Positions 9,177-17,658 of a stretch of DNA of 33,764 nt are shown here, piece by piece. The notes beneath the pieces were generated by a model. It had not been told where the DNA came from, searched no databases, and saw nothing but the letters and a program-made list of their open reading frames with translations. The position numbers and the translations under genes are program-made. Source of the DNA: a virus (taxonomy: Duplodnaviria > Caudoviricetes); the IMG/VR virus record IMGVR_UViG_3300032226_000257, positions 1 to 33,764 of that record. One strand, given 5' to 3'. Position 1 is the first letter of the stretch; every line of letters begins with the position of its first letter.

Positions 9177-9277
9177 AAGAGTTGATTGTTATTGGCATTA
9201 GTTTTATCTCTGGATTTGTTGGGGCGTACATCTTTGATATGTTCTTAACGTGGAGGGATGACCGCAGATGGCGATAG
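9173..9277 (+). CDS. Small membrane protein (34 aa)
   Basis: Read manually: MKELIVIGISFISGFVGAYIFDMFLTWRDDRRWR; ATGA overlap, fills the gap between genes. Confidence 0.6.
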   Translation: MKELIVIGISFISGFVGAYIFDMFLTWRDDRRWR

Positions 9278-10227
9278 AAGATCCAAAAGAATTACTACTG
9301 CACGTACTGCACGCACAAGATGCAAGTCGTGACAGAAGTATGCAGACAGAGGTAGGCCCATCAGAGATTGGTGGCTGTCGTCGTAAGGTCTGGTACAGAC
9401 TGAACGCACAGCCTCATACAAATGACAACCAATCTAAGTTGGCTGCCATTATGGGTACTGCGATTCACGCAGCTATCGAAGATGCTATTGGTGCTATAGA
9501 CCCTGAGGGTAAAGAATACTTGGTGGAAACTGAGGTTGCCTTTGGTGATATGAAAGCACACGTTGACTTATTCGTACCTAGTACTGGAGCAGTCATTGAC
9601 TGGAAGACCAGCAAGGTAAAGAATATGAGTTACTTCCCGTCCAACCAACAGCGTTGGCAGGTACAGATCTATGGCTACTTGCTATCTAAGAATGGCTACG
9701 AAGTTAAGACTGTCAACCTGGTAGCAATAGCAAGGGACGGTAACGAGAAGGACGTCAAGGTACACACAGAACCTTACGATGAGACGATGGCACTAACAGC
9801 TCTTGCCTGGCTAGAGAATGTCAAGGCATCTAAGGAGTTACCGGCACCTGAGAAAGATGCCAGTTTCTGTAAGGACTACTGCCAATACTACGATGCAACT
9901 GAGCAGATGGGTTGCGGTGGTCTTAAGAAAGAACGTATCGTCCTTAGTGAAGTCGTGATTGAGGACGCAGAAATTGACAAGCACGCACTGCACTATCTAC
10001 AGTTAGACAGCAAGATAAAGGAGCTGGAGAAGGAACGGGATTCCTACAAGGCTTCTTTAGAAGGCGCTACTGGAGTTACTGCTAGTGGCGTAGAAATCAG
10101 TTGGACAACAGTCAAAGGTCGTGAGACTGTAGACGCAAAGGAAGTTGAGAAACTTCTAGGGTTTGTTCCCAAGATTATTGGTAACGAATCTGTAAGACTA
10201 AACATCAAACCAAGTGGAGGAAAGTAA
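9268..10227 (+). CDS. Cas4-like PD-(D/E)XK exonuclease (phage recombination nuclease)
   Basis: PSEIGGC, GTAIH, D-x10-DWKT, QVQIYG and C-terminal Cys cluster (FCKDYC...GC). Confidence 0.85.
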   Translation: MAIEDPKELLLHVLHAQDASRDRSMQTEVGPSEIGGCRRKVWYRLNAQPHTNDNQSKLAAIMGTAIHAAIEDAIGAIDPEGKEYLVETEVAFGDMKAHVDLFVPSTGAVIDWKTSKVKNMSYFPSNQQRWQVQIYGYLLSKNGYEVKTVNLVAIARDGNEKDVKVHTEPYDETMALTALAWLENVKASKELPAPEKDASFCKDYCQYYDATEQMGCGGLKKERIVLSEVVIEDAEIDKHALHYLQLDSKIKELEKERDSYKASLEGATGVTASGVEISWTTVKGRETVDAKEVEKLLGFVPKIIGNESVRLNIKPSGGK

Positions 10228-10617
10228 ATGGCTGCAAACGAAAACACCAAGTTCCAAATCAACTACAAGTTAGCTGACGGAACACTCATCAATCTTTATG
10301 CAACAGATGTTAAGGATCTTGAGACGGGTCTAACAGACCTATCAATGGTGGCAACACTTATCAAGTCAACATCATCTGAACTATCAGGTGGCAACGCCAC
10401 AGCTGCTGCAGTACATAACATCCAAGCACAGTTCAACAGCACGCCAGTAACACAAGCGCTACCACCACAACAGGTAGAAGCACCTGGTACTAAGCAGTGT
10501 CGTCACGGAGTGATGGCCTTTAAGACAGGCACATCAGCACGTGGACCTTGGCAGGGTTATATGTGTGCAGCACCTAAGGGTGCGCTAGATAAGTGCGAGA
10601 CTATCTGGGTTCGTTAA
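10228..10617 (+). CDS. Conserved actinophage protein with C-terminal Cys/His knuckle
   Basis: CRHG.M.FKTG...W...MC...C motif; adjacent to the exonuclease, possibly an ssDNA-binding or annealing partner. Confidence 0.55.
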   Translation: MAANENTKFQINYKLADGTLINLYATDVKDLETGLTDLSMVATLIKSTSSELSGGNATAAAVHNIQAQFNSTPVTQALPPQQVEAPGTKQCRHGVMAFKTGTSARGPWQGYMCAAPKGALDKCETIWVR

Positions 10618-10620
10618 TGT

Positions 10621-10908
10621 ATGCGCGGGCCTTGGGAGTACGAAGACCCAGCTTGTGCTGATGTAGGTGGTGATTTCTGGTTTCCTGAATTCAATCAAGA
10701 AGTTGCATTCCTTGTCAGCAAAGACGAAAGACAGATAGAAGCCCAAATAGCAAAAAGCATTTGTAATGGTTGTACTCATAAAATTGAGTGTCAACAATGG
10801 GGACTAAGGAAAGAAAGATTCGGCATCTGGGGCGGTCTAACTGAAAGAGATCGTATACCAATTCGTAGACGCTTGAATATAATCATAAAGGAGGAGAGCG
10901 TTGCTTGA
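10621..10908 (+). CDS. whiB: WhiB-family Fe-S transcription factor
   Basis: Four Cys (C...CxxC-x5-C) and the GIWGGLTERDR signature. Confidence 0.93.
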   Translation: MRGPWEYEDPACADVGGDFWFPEFNQEVAFLVSKDERQIEAQIAKSICNGCTHKIECQQWGLRKERFGIWGGLTERDRIPIRRRLNIIIKEESVA

Positions 10909-11779
10909 CTTACAGCGTGCGTGGGGCACAATTCTTACTAAAGCAACGCCTCTTCCTGATGTATGGAAAGGTTTAGCATCTAAGCAGATTAAGTTCCGCA
11001 GGGGACAGGTCTGTATGGTAGCTGCTGCACCTAACGCTGGTAAATCAATGTTTGCTCTTATCTATGCAGTCAAGGCAAAGGTACCTACGCTGTTCTTCTC
11101 AGCAGATACTGATACCACAACTGTAATGTTAAGAGCTGCAGCGCACGCATCTGGACATAACCAAGTAAATGTGGAGCAGAACCTTTCGACTGACTCACAC
11201 TTTTACGATGGTGCATTTGATAAGTTAAAACATATCAAGTGGGTCTTTGATTCCAGTCCGTCACTCGATGATATCGAGTTGGAGATAAAGGCTTATGTCG
11301 AGTTGTACGGCCAAGCCCCTGAGTTGATCATCATAGATAATCTTATGAATGTAGCTGCTGAGACAGACAACGAATGGGCTGGCCTGCGTGCAATTATGAT
11401 GGAGCTTCACGATATGGCACGTAAGACAGAAGCCTGTGTGCTGGTACTGCACCACGTCTCTGAGCAATCAGAGTACGGTTCTCCAACAGAACCACCAGCA
11501 CGTCGTGCTATTCACGGCAAGGTAAGCCAGTTGCCTGCACTTATCCTGACACTGGGTTATCACCCAGTACAAGGTGAGTTAAAGATTGCAGCGGTTAAGA
11601 ACCGCTTTGGTCCACACGCAGCAGATGGCAAGGACTATATAACCCTGTATGTAAATTATGGTGCGTGTCAGATATCAGATGGGGACGCCTATGGCGCTAT
11701 GCTGGCACGAGATGCACGAGCAGGGTACAAGGATGATTACATACCGCAGGATGAGTACGGACACGAGGTAGCAATCTAA
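10901..11779 (+). CDS. DnaB/RecA-like helicase ATPase (C-terminal domain only)
   Basis: Walker A AAPNAGKS, Walker B IIIDNL, LVLHH, and KNRFGP arginine-finger motif. Confidence 0.88.
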   Translation: MLDLQRAWGTILTKATPLPDVWKGLASKQIKFRRGQVCMVAAAPNAGKSMFALIYAVKAKVPTLFFSADTDTTTVMLRAAAHASGHNQVNVEQNLSTDSHFYDGAFDKLKHIKWVFDSSPSLDDIELEIKAYVELYGQAPELIIIDNLMNVAAETDNEWAGLRAIMMELHDMARKTEACVLVLHHVSEQSEYGSPTEPPARRAIHGKVSQLPALILTLGYHPVQGELKIAAVKNRFGPHAADGKDYITLYVNYGACQISDGDAYGAMLARDARAGYKDDYIPQDEYGHEVAI

Positions 11780-11949
11780 TGGCTAATACAGAAATCCAGT
11801 ATTTGAAGAATGAGATTAAGCAACTCAAGGCTGATATGGCTAACCTGATTATGGCTTTGATTGAACTCAAAGTATTTAAGATTAAGATTGATGAAGACGG
11901 CAACGCCGTCTATGACACAGGCAAAGATGTCAAGTCCGAAGTACAATAA
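11779..11949 (+). CDS. Hypothetical coiled-coil protein (56 aa)
   Basis: Read manually: MANTEIQYLKNEIKQLKADMANL...; TAATG coupling and GAGG RBS. Confidence 0.65.
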   Translation: MANTEIQYLKNEIKQLKADMANLIMALIELKVFKIKIDEDGNAVYDTGKDVKSEVQ

Positions 11950-12283
11950 GGCTAAGGGCGCGACCTTCGAGATCGATGTAATGAAATGGTTTCGAGGACT
12001 GGGTGTATTAGCTGAGCGCTTACGTCTAGCGGGTAAAGATGACGAAGGTGATTTAGTATGTGTTGTCGCGGGAAAGACATACATACTAGAACTCAAGAAC
12101 ACGGCGAGACTAGACTTGCCGGAGTTCTGGAGGCAAGCAGAAGTTGAGGCGCTTAACTACGCTAAGGCTCGTGGTATTGGGGAAGTGCCACTGCATTATG
12201 TTGTAGTTAAGCGTCGCAACGCTGGCATAGAGAAGGCTTGGGTAGTCCAAGACTTAACACAATGGTTGAAGGAGAAACAATAA
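11927..12283 (+). CDS. Holliday junction resolvase (Hjc-like PD-(D/E)XK)
   Basis: KAKGATFE...DEGDL...ILELKN pattern; start placed at ATG 11927. Confidence 0.8.
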   Translation: MSSPKYNKAKGATFEIDVMKWFRGLGVLAERLRLAGKDDEGDLVCVVAGKTYILELKNTARLDLPEFWRQAEVEALNYAKARGIGEVPLHYVVVKRRNAGIEKAWVVQDLTQWLKEKQ

Positions 12284-12396
12284 TGCCAATACCAGGCGGA
12301 AATATAACAACATCACAGATTTGGAGCGAGGCTCCAGCAGAAGAAGTAGAAGTTATTGAAGAAGAATTACCTGAAGAGGAGTTGGACCAAGCGTGA
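12283..12396 (+). CDS. Small acidic protein (37 aa)
   Basis: MPIPGGNITTSQIWSEAPAEEVEVIEEELPEEELDQA; AAGGAG RBS, TAATG coupling. Confidence 0.55.
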   Translation: MPIPGGNITTSQIWSEAPAEEVEVIEEELPEEELDQA

Positions 12397-12563
12397 TATG
12401 CGATCCTTGTATTGAAGCAGGCGAATACAATCGCTTGAATCAGATTAAGCTCAGTCAAAAGCATCACCAACAATGCGAGGGGTGTGTATGCCAGCACAAG
12501 ACTGGTCCAGGGTACGTAAGAGCAAGGGCTTCAAAGGAGTCGACGCCAACGACATCCCGATAG
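12393..12563 (+). CDS. Small Cys/His-rich protein (56 aa)
   Basis: GTGA overlap; MICDPC...HHQQCEGCVCQH. Confidence 0.55.
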   Translation: MICDPCIEAGEYNRLNQIKLSQKHHQQCEGCVCQHKTGPGYVRARASKESTPTTSR

Positions 12564-12862
12564 CACCCATCGTTAGGTTCTTTGGTGGTGAAGTAAGAGA
12601 AGGTAAGTCAGCTAGTGTCCGGTGCTGCTTACATTCAGACAGTAGACGATCTGCTGTCATTAACACGTACGACAACTTGTACTACTGCCATACCTGCGGT
12701 AAGGGTGGTAACGCAGCTAACCTAGTGTGCATACTAGAGAACTTGGAGTTTAATGATGGCCTCAAACGCGCAATCGAAATTGCTGCTGGAAGCGGCGCAG
12801 AGATACGCACAGCAAATAAGTCCAGAGGCAATCGTCGCGCTCTCAGAACGTGGGATATCTGA
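12488..12862 (+). CDS. DNA primase zinc-binding (CHC2) subunit
   Basis: CCLHSDSRRSA...YYCHTCGKGGN; GAGGGG RBS before ATG 12488 (ORF track start is 12473). Confidence 0.85.
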   Translation: MPAQDWSRVRKSKGFKGVDANDIPIAPIVRFFGGEVREGKSASVRCCLHSDSRRSAVINTYDNLYYCHTCGKGGNAANLVCILENLEFNDGLKRAIEIAAGSGAEIRTANKSRGNRRALRTWDI

Positions 12863-13406
12863 AGAGGTAGCTGCACTCTATATGTTGGGTAGTGTCTACG
12901 AGCCAGCTAATGGTCACGAGATGCAAGAGGGGTGGATATCCATTCCATACATCACTGCCCTTGGTCACTGCGTAGGCTTCAAGTTTCGTAGGTTAGATGA
13001 TGGCAAGCCTAAGTATGGCTCACCTACTGGGCAGAAGGCACATCTATACAACGTAGTTGATACCACTATCTTGAGTAAGCACATCGTGGTATGTGAAGGT
13101 GAGTTAGATACAGTCATAGTCTCAGGTGTGCTTGGCATACCTGCAGTGGGTGTACCTGGAGTACAGGCTTGGAAGCCTCACTTTGCTAAGTTACTCAATG
13201 GCTATGACACTGTCTATGTTGTAGGCGATAATGACGTGAAGGAAGATGGAACCAACCCAGGAGCTGAGTTCTCTAAGCGTGTGGCTTCCGAGGTATTGAA
13301 CAGTACTATTGTAACATTGCCACCTAATATGGACATTAACGACTACTACTTGGTTCACGGAGCGCAAGCGACGCAGACCTTGTTAGTCGGTGAGCAGATT
13401 GGATAA
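12753..13406 (+). CDS. DNA primase catalytic TOPRIM subunit
   Basis: LSERGI, IPY, KFRR, PKY, VCEGELD, GDND and DIND motifs. Confidence 0.9.
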   Translation: MMASNAQSKLLLEAAQRYAQQISPEAIVALSERGISEEVAALYMLGSVYEPANGHEMQEGWISIPYITALGHCVGFKFRRLDDGKPKYGSPTGQKAHLYNVVDTTILSKHIVVCEGELDTVIVSGVLGIPAVGVPGVQAWKPHFAKLLNGYDTVYVVGDNDVKEDGTNPGAEFSKRVASEVLNSTIVTLPPNMDINDYYLVHGAQATQTLLVGEQIG

Positions 13407-13518
13407 GAGTGATTGGCAACAGATGATACAGACTTTGCATACTATGGGCTTTCACATTTTGCAGATCAACGAAGAAGAGGAGACGCTCCTAATATGTCCA
13501 ACTCGAATCCGCTTGTAG
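13390..13518 (+). CDS. Hypothetical protein (about 42 aa)
   Basis: Read manually: MSRLDKSDWQQMIQTLHTMGFHILQINEEEETLLICPTRIRL; fills the gap, start uncertain. Confidence 0.4.
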   Translation: MSRLDKSDWQQMIQTLHTMGFHILQINEEEETLLICPTRIRL

Positions 13519-13802
13519 ACCACGCTGCCGTTACTGGATACCGAGCAGATGGTGTCTCAACTGAAGACCTGACATCTTTCATTGAATCTTTTGCGTCACT
13601 GCGTGCATCACGTGTACGTGGTGTTGGCGCAGACCAGTACTCACTGGCTAAGGGGCAGAAGTTCGAGTCCTTTTCTTTCTCCGATACCATCAGAGAACTG
13701 GTAGAAGAACTGGCCGATGCTAGTAACTACATAGACTTCCTTGCTATCAAGCTGCTGAACTTACAGCACATTATAGATTCGGAACTACCTAACTGTGACT
13801 GA
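13494..13802 (+). CDS. All-alpha NTP pyrophosphatase (MazG-like) fold protein
   Basis: G..QY...RELVEELADASNY motif; GAGGAG upstream of ATG 13494. Confidence 0.5.
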   Translation: MSNSNPLVDHAAVTGYRADGVSTEDLTSFIESFASLRASRVRGVGADQYSLAKGQKFESFSFSDTIRELVEELADASNYIDFLAIKLLNLQHIIDSELPNCD

Positions 13803-14427
13803 ACTCCACCCGTCCATCTTCGAGATTACACCTAGCGTTGCTTACGCTGTCCATCGACAGTTCAAGCAGTGGGTCGAACGTGATGACGTGAAGCAGGAGT
13901 GTATGCAGTGGGCTATGGCTCGCGTTGCATATATCAACGAGCAGTTAGGCGAAGAGGATACAGAGCAGCGCAGACATAACGAGCAGAAGATTGCGTGGCA
14001 GATGTCAAGGGCAGCTGAGCGCTACTGTCGTAAGGAGAAGGCGGTTAAGTCTGGCTATCAACTAGGCGATGAGGCTTTCTATCAGACTGCAATGCTCGGT
14101 CAGTTACTTCCATTTGTTATTGCCTCCGTCATAGATGGCACAGTCCTTGAGCAAGCACAAGAGATGATACGTGATGGGCAACCTAAAGGTTCATCAAGTC
14201 CTGCCGAAGGTGGCAACCTGCTGGCTATGCTATTAGATATTAAGAAGTGTTACGAGAAGTTAGACGATGAGGATAAGCAGATACTTATGCTGCGCTATCA
14301 CGAGAACCTTACGCTTGAGCGTATCGGTGAGGTGCTAGGTTGCCATCGTTCCAGCGCTGATCGTAGATGCAGTCACGCTCTGCGTGAACTCAACAATCTC
14401 CTTGGCGGAGCCAGTCCATACCAGTGA
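13795..14427 (+). CDS. Phage RNA polymerase sigma factor (ECF-like)
   Basis: Region 2-like 'VERDDVKQE' and region 4 HTH 'LDDEDKQILMLRYHENLTLERIGEVLGCHRSSADRR'. Confidence 0.8.
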   Translation: MTELHPSIFEITPSVAYAVHRQFKQWVERDDVKQECMQWAMARVAYINEQLGEEDTEQRRHNEQKIAWQMSRAAERYCRKEKAVKSGYQLGDEAFYQTAMLGQLLPFVIASVIDGTVLEQAQEMIRDGQPKGSSSPAEGGNLLAMLLDIKKCYEKLDDEDKQILMLRYHENLTLERIGEVLGCHRSSADRRCSHALRELNNLLGGASPYQ

Positions 14428-14807
14428 ACGAGATTATCCTGTATGACTTTCTTAAACTTAATCTCTACCCTGATTTACAGCGTGCGCCTGGTATCTATGA
14501 TGCCTTCGACTGCACCAGTGAGAAGGCCGGTCACTTCATCGAACTGAAGTGTCGCCAAACCCATTATTCTACGCTACTTATAGAGCAGATGAAGTACCGC
14601 AAGCTGATTGAGCAGGCATACCACCGCGACCTTCTGCCTTTCTATATCAACAGCACACCACTTGGCATCTACTCCTTTGACTTGACCGAGATAGACGAAC
14701 CTGAGTGGTTTGTCCACGAGATGCCAGCAACCACAGAGTTTGAGCGTAACGAAAAGGTTGATAAGATTGTCGGATACTTAGATACAGAGGAGGCTATCAG
14801 GCTATGA
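14424..14807 (+). CDS. PD-(D/E)XK nuclease-like protein
   Basis: FDC-x8-IELKCR motif. Confidence 0.6.
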   Translation: MNEIILYDFLKLNLYPDLQRAPGIYDAFDCTSEKAGHFIELKCRQTHYSTLLIEQMKYRKLIEQAYHRDLLPFYINSTPLGIYSFDLTEIDEPEWFVHEMPATTEFERNEKVDKIVGYLDTEEAIRL

Positions 14808-14983
14808 CATACGACTACGAGTGTCCAGGGTGCGGTGATGTACGCACCATCTCACGTGGCATCAACGATCCCGAAGAGACATACATATGTACGCAGTGTG
14901 ACTGCACCTTCCAACGCAAGTGGTCGTCTCCTCTTGTAATCTTTAACTCATCAGGCTTCTACAGTGTGGACAATAAGAAGTGA
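14804..14983 (+). CDS. FmdB-family zinc-ribbon protein (59 aa)
   Basis: Read manually: MTYDYECPGCG...CTQC...FNSSGFYSVD; overlaps both neighbours by 4 nt. Confidence 0.8.
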   Translation: MTYDYECPGCGDVRTISRGINDPEETYICTQCDCTFQRKWSSPLVIFNSSGFYSVDNKK

Positions 14984-15441
14984 CACAAGGATTTACTAGC
15001 GGTATGCGTACCTCACTTGATGACACCTGGACTACACCACGTGAGTTCTTTGATGAACTTAATAAAGAGTTTAACTTTGGGTTAGATGCAGCTGCGCTGC
15101 AGAACTCTACTCTTGTACCGGATAACTGGTACGGACCCGATCACCCAGACCCTGCTGCTCGTGATGCTCTTCGCATAGACTGGAACCATAACTCACGCGG
15201 CAGACCTATATGGTTGAACCCACCTTATGGTCGAGTCATTAAGGACTGGATGCGTAAGGCTAGTGAAGTAGCTTCAGGGGGGGGTACAGTCGTGTGCCTA
15301 GTACCAGCTCGTACTGATACCAAATGGTGGCACGACTATTGCATCAACGCCTACGAGATTAGATACATACGCGGTCGCCTTAAGTTTGGTGGGCAGAAGA
15401 ACTCTGCCCCTTTCCCTAGTGCATTGGTGATAATGAAATGA
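14980..15441 (+). CDS. Phage DNA N6-adenine methyltransferase (Dam-like)
   Basis: WTTP..FF, F.LDAAA, WLNPPYG, LVPARTDT.WW, RGRLKFGG and APFPS motifs. Confidence 0.92.
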   Translation: MTQGFTSGMRTSLDDTWTTPREFFDELNKEFNFGLDAAALQNSTLVPDNWYGPDHPDPAARDALRIDWNHNSRGRPIWLNPPYGRVIKDWMRKASEVASGGGTVVCLVPARTDTKWWHDYCINAYEIRYIRGRLKFGGQKNSAPFPSALVIMK

Positions 15442-16022
15442 CATACCCTAATTGGTTTAGACAGATAGCCCAGCATAACTTCGAGGAGTTCCTCCTCCCA
15501 CTAGCGGGTAAAGAGTGGCTACGATTCTTACAGCTTGGTTGCTTTACTGGAGATGCCAGCGTATGGCTATGTCAGAACGTACTCACTGGTGAACACAGTT
15601 ACCTTGATGACGTGGATACGTGGCGCGGTGCGCCTAACGAACCTATCCAAACACAGATGGACTTCGATGATGTCTATGCTACATACCTTGCCAAGACCGA
15701 AGGTATGCCTATCGTAGTTAATCGCAAGACAACTACCGAGTATCTACTAGACCACGATAACGCAGTGATGCGCCCTTCCTTCTTCGACTTCATCTACGTG
15801 GACGCACACCACACGTCAGCTTCTGCCTTCCTCGATAGTGAACTATCGTGGCCTCTCCTTAAGTCAGATGGCATACTCGCAATAGATGACTACGAGTGGC
15901 AGCACCCTGATGGCGTTGATATACACGCACCTAAGCTGGGCATACATATGTTCCTTGATCGCCACGAAGGTGAGTACACCGAACTCGTACGCAACCAGCA
16001 GCTATGGATTAGAAAGCGATAA
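15438..16022 (+). CDS. Class I SAM-dependent methyltransferase (Methyltransf_24-like)
   Basis: LQLGCFTGDAS, VDTW, FDFIYVDAHH and LLKSDGILAIDDY motifs. Confidence 0.85.
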   Translation: MTYPNWFRQIAQHNFEEFLLPLAGKEWLRFLQLGCFTGDASVWLCQNVLTGEHSYLDDVDTWRGAPNEPIQTQMDFDDVYATYLAKTEGMPIVVNRKTTTEYLLDHDNAVMRPSFFDFIYVDAHHTSASAFLDSELSWPLLKSDGILAIDDYEWQHPDGVDIHAPKLGIHMFLDRHEGEYTELVRNQQLWIRKR

Positions 16023-16053
16023 ACCCCGCCGGAAAGAGTAACGGCGGGGCTTA
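16021..16053. terminator. Probable bidirectional terminator between convergent operons
   Basis: CCCCGCCG-10 nt-CGGCGGGG stem with short T tracts on both strands. Confidence 0.75.
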
Positions 16054-16086
16054 TCAGAGGAGGGCTTGGTTAGTGTAGCACAAGTA

Positions 16087-16365
16087 CTACTCAGTACCAC
16101 CCTCTTCTGTCGCTATGCCGGAGAGCGCGGCACGCACTCCCTGAATAGCGGTGTTCAAGGTATCGTAAGCCGTGAAGGATCTGTAGTTCAGGTCGTGAAC
16201 TACGTTCTCCAAGGAGTTGAGCAATTCCATAAGCCGAACTTCGTTTGTTGTCGGCAAGGTGGTCAAACCTGCTTTCACGGGTCCATAGGGTGATAAGGCA
16301 CGCAACTTCTCTTCTCGAATATCCGAGAGCGCGACTATATTCTCTTGCGATTCGTTTGTTCTCAC
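16087..16365 (-). CDS. Possible overprinted gene inside the transglycosylase gene (92 aa)
   Basis: Open over almost all of the SLT domain in another frame; GGAGGAG RBS and GTGA overlap with the stop of 16362..16649. Confidence 0.4.
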   Translation of the reverse strand: MRTNESQENIVALSDIREEKLRALSPYGPVKAGLTTLPTTNEVRLMELLNSLENVVHDLNYRSFTAYDTLNTAIQGVRAALSGIATEEGGTE

Positions 16366-16507
16366 GCTTCTCCTCCCCTGTCGCCTTCGTCCTCGCCGTT
16401 ATCTGCGGTTTGTGGTCCAGCTGGGGTAGCGTTGGCTCGTGTATCCAGCTGGCTAGCAGTAGTAGCACCAGTAATATCAAGCCATTTCTTACCAAGTTGT
16501 TCGTCAC
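16091..16507 (-). CDS. Membrane-anchored lytic transglycosylase (SLT-like)
   Basis: N-terminal TM segment; CL..LW.RES.F...A.N..SSAYGIAQ.L...QI..GL.Y...RY...C.A......GWY, the pattern of actinobacterial transglycosylases. Confidence 0.85.
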   Translation of the reverse strand: MTNNLVRNGLILLVLLLLASWIHEPTLPQLDHKPQITARTKATGEEKRENKRIAREYSRALGYSRREVACLITLWTRESRFDHLADNKRSSAYGIAQLLGERSSRPELQILHGLRYLEHRYSGSACRALRHSDRRGWY

Positions 16508-16649
16508 TCGCCTTCTCCTCCTCTAAGTATTCTTTATACTGATCGGGGTAGGCTTGCGCCAACCGCGTGAACGCTCTATCTCTTGCTCGTCTGTAGTTCC
16601 GGTAATAGACCGCTTGGTTAGCGGCAGCTTTAATCCTGCGCTGGGTCAC
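16362..16649 (-). CDS. Hypothetical basic helical protein
   Basis: 95 aa, GTGA-coupled to the upstream gene; YYRNYRRARDRA motif; overlaps the transglycosylase 5' end by 146 nt. Confidence 0.6.
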   Translation of the reverse strand: MTQRRIKAAANQAVYYRNYRRARDRAFTRLAQAYPDQYKEYLEEEKASDEQLGKKWLDITGATTASQLDTRANATPAGPQTADNGEDEGDRGGEA

Positions 16650-16729
16650 TCGTTCACCTTCTCTTCCAGTCTAATCAAGCCGTATGCTACCAGCAAGATA
16701 GCCCCCATTCCCAGCCAGTAGAGCATCAT
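16646..16729 (-). CDS. Small membrane peptide (27 aa)
   Basis: MMLYWLGMGAILLVAYGLIRLEEKVNE; coupled at both ends. Confidence 0.55.
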   Translation of the reverse strand: MMLYWLGMGAILLVAYGLIRLEEKVNE

Positions 16730-16983
16730 TCTCCCTTTCCTTTGGCTATTGCTTGGTTGATGATGTGCGTTATGTCTATCGGTTGCCCGATAAGCACGGC
16801 ATCTTCCTCATCTGATGACCACGCAGAGACAAGCACACGGCTACCGATAGGGGCACGTGTGTACCAGTCCACAGCTTCGTGAGGTTTCTCTCCTCCCCAT
16901 TGAGCGATACCCTCCGCGTCCGTCACCTCGTACAAGTTGATGAGGTCATACTTTGCAGGGTGGAAACTGATTACATTACTCAC
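16726..16983 (-). CDS. Hypothetical early protein
   Basis: 85 aa, AAGGAGG RBS. Confidence 0.7.
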   Translation of the reverse strand: MSNVISFHPAKYDLINLYEVTDAEGIAQWGGEKPHEAVDWYTRAPIGSRVLVSAWSSDEEDAVLIGQPIDITHIINQAIAKGKGE

Positions 16984-17266
16984 TATCGTCCTCCTTCATC
17001 TGTCCGCAATCTTCTTCATCGGCCTCGCACTCTGCAAGAGGGCGACCGCAATCTACACACTCTTCCTTTGGGAAGAGCTGATCCCAGCAAGCGGGGTGTG
17101 TGCCGGATATAAGAATCTCTCTATCTCCCGCACTCATATCAGGAAAGGTGTTTTGGATATTCTCTCCCTCTTGCCATCTAGTTACAGCATCTCGCTCTAA
17201 GCTCCACACTTCATAGTTATCGCAGACACAGCAAGGTTTGGTTTTAATTAAGATAGTGCTGCTCAT
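16976..17266 (-). CDS. Hypothetical Cys-rich early protein
   Basis: 96 aa from ATG 17266; CCVC...REILISGTHPACWD...CVDC. Confidence 0.7.
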   Translation of the reverse strand: MSSTILIKTKPCCVCDNYEVWSLERDAVTRWQEGENIQNTFPDMSAGDREILISGTHPACWDQLFPKEECVDCGRPLAECEADEEDCGQMKEDDSE

Positions 17267-17439
17267 TGAGCTGCCTCGCAATCGTTGAGGAATTGAACGC
17301 GATCAAAGGTCGCATCGCTCTCCTTGAAGGCGTCTGCCAGTTCTCTTGCGACTACTTCCATAGTGACCGGCAGTCCTTGCTCATCGTGGTTAATGCCGGA
17401 TAGAACATCGGCTACTAGTAGGTAAATATCTTTATTCAT
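17263..17439 (-). CDS. Hypothetical early protein (58 aa)
   Basis: MNKDIYLLVADVL...LADAF...FDRVQFLNDC; GGGAG RBS. Confidence 0.7.
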   Translation of the reverse strand: MNKDIYLLVADVLSGINHDEQGLPVTMEVVARELADAFKESDATFDRVQFLNDCEAAQ

Positions 17440-17545
17440 CGTCTCCCTCTCCCTCTTCCATATTGAATATGCGCGATAGCGCACTATTGGCACGCATAAG
17501 CGTAGCTAACATCTCTTCCTGCTCTCTCTTCATCGTCTCCTGCAT
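17432..17545 (-). CDS. Hypothetical early peptide (37 aa)
   Basis: MQETMKREQEEMLATLMRANSALSRIF...; AAGGAG RBS. Confidence 0.55.
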   Translation of the reverse strand: MQETMKREQEEMLATLMRANSALSRIFNMEEGEGDDE

Positions 17546-17559
17546 TGTCTCTCCTTCTC

Positions 17560-17658
17560 TCATATTAGGCACCCACAATTCTCGATGGGTGTTAAGCAGT
17601 CACCGCAGAAAATTGTGCATATGGTGCAGCCATCTCCCTCACACTCTTTACATATCAT
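17560..17658 (-). CDS. Cys-rich micro-protein (32 aa, 8 Cys)
   Basis: MICKECEGDGCTICTIFCGDCLTPIENCGCLI; ATGA coupling. Confidence 0.6.
   Translation of the reverse strand: MICKECEGDGCTICTIFCGDCLTPIENCGCLI

Noticed and set aside
9268-10227. CRISPR-Cas system suggested by the Cas4-like gene
   Set aside because: No repeat-spacer array or other cas genes; solo Cas4-like nucleases are common in phage replication modules.
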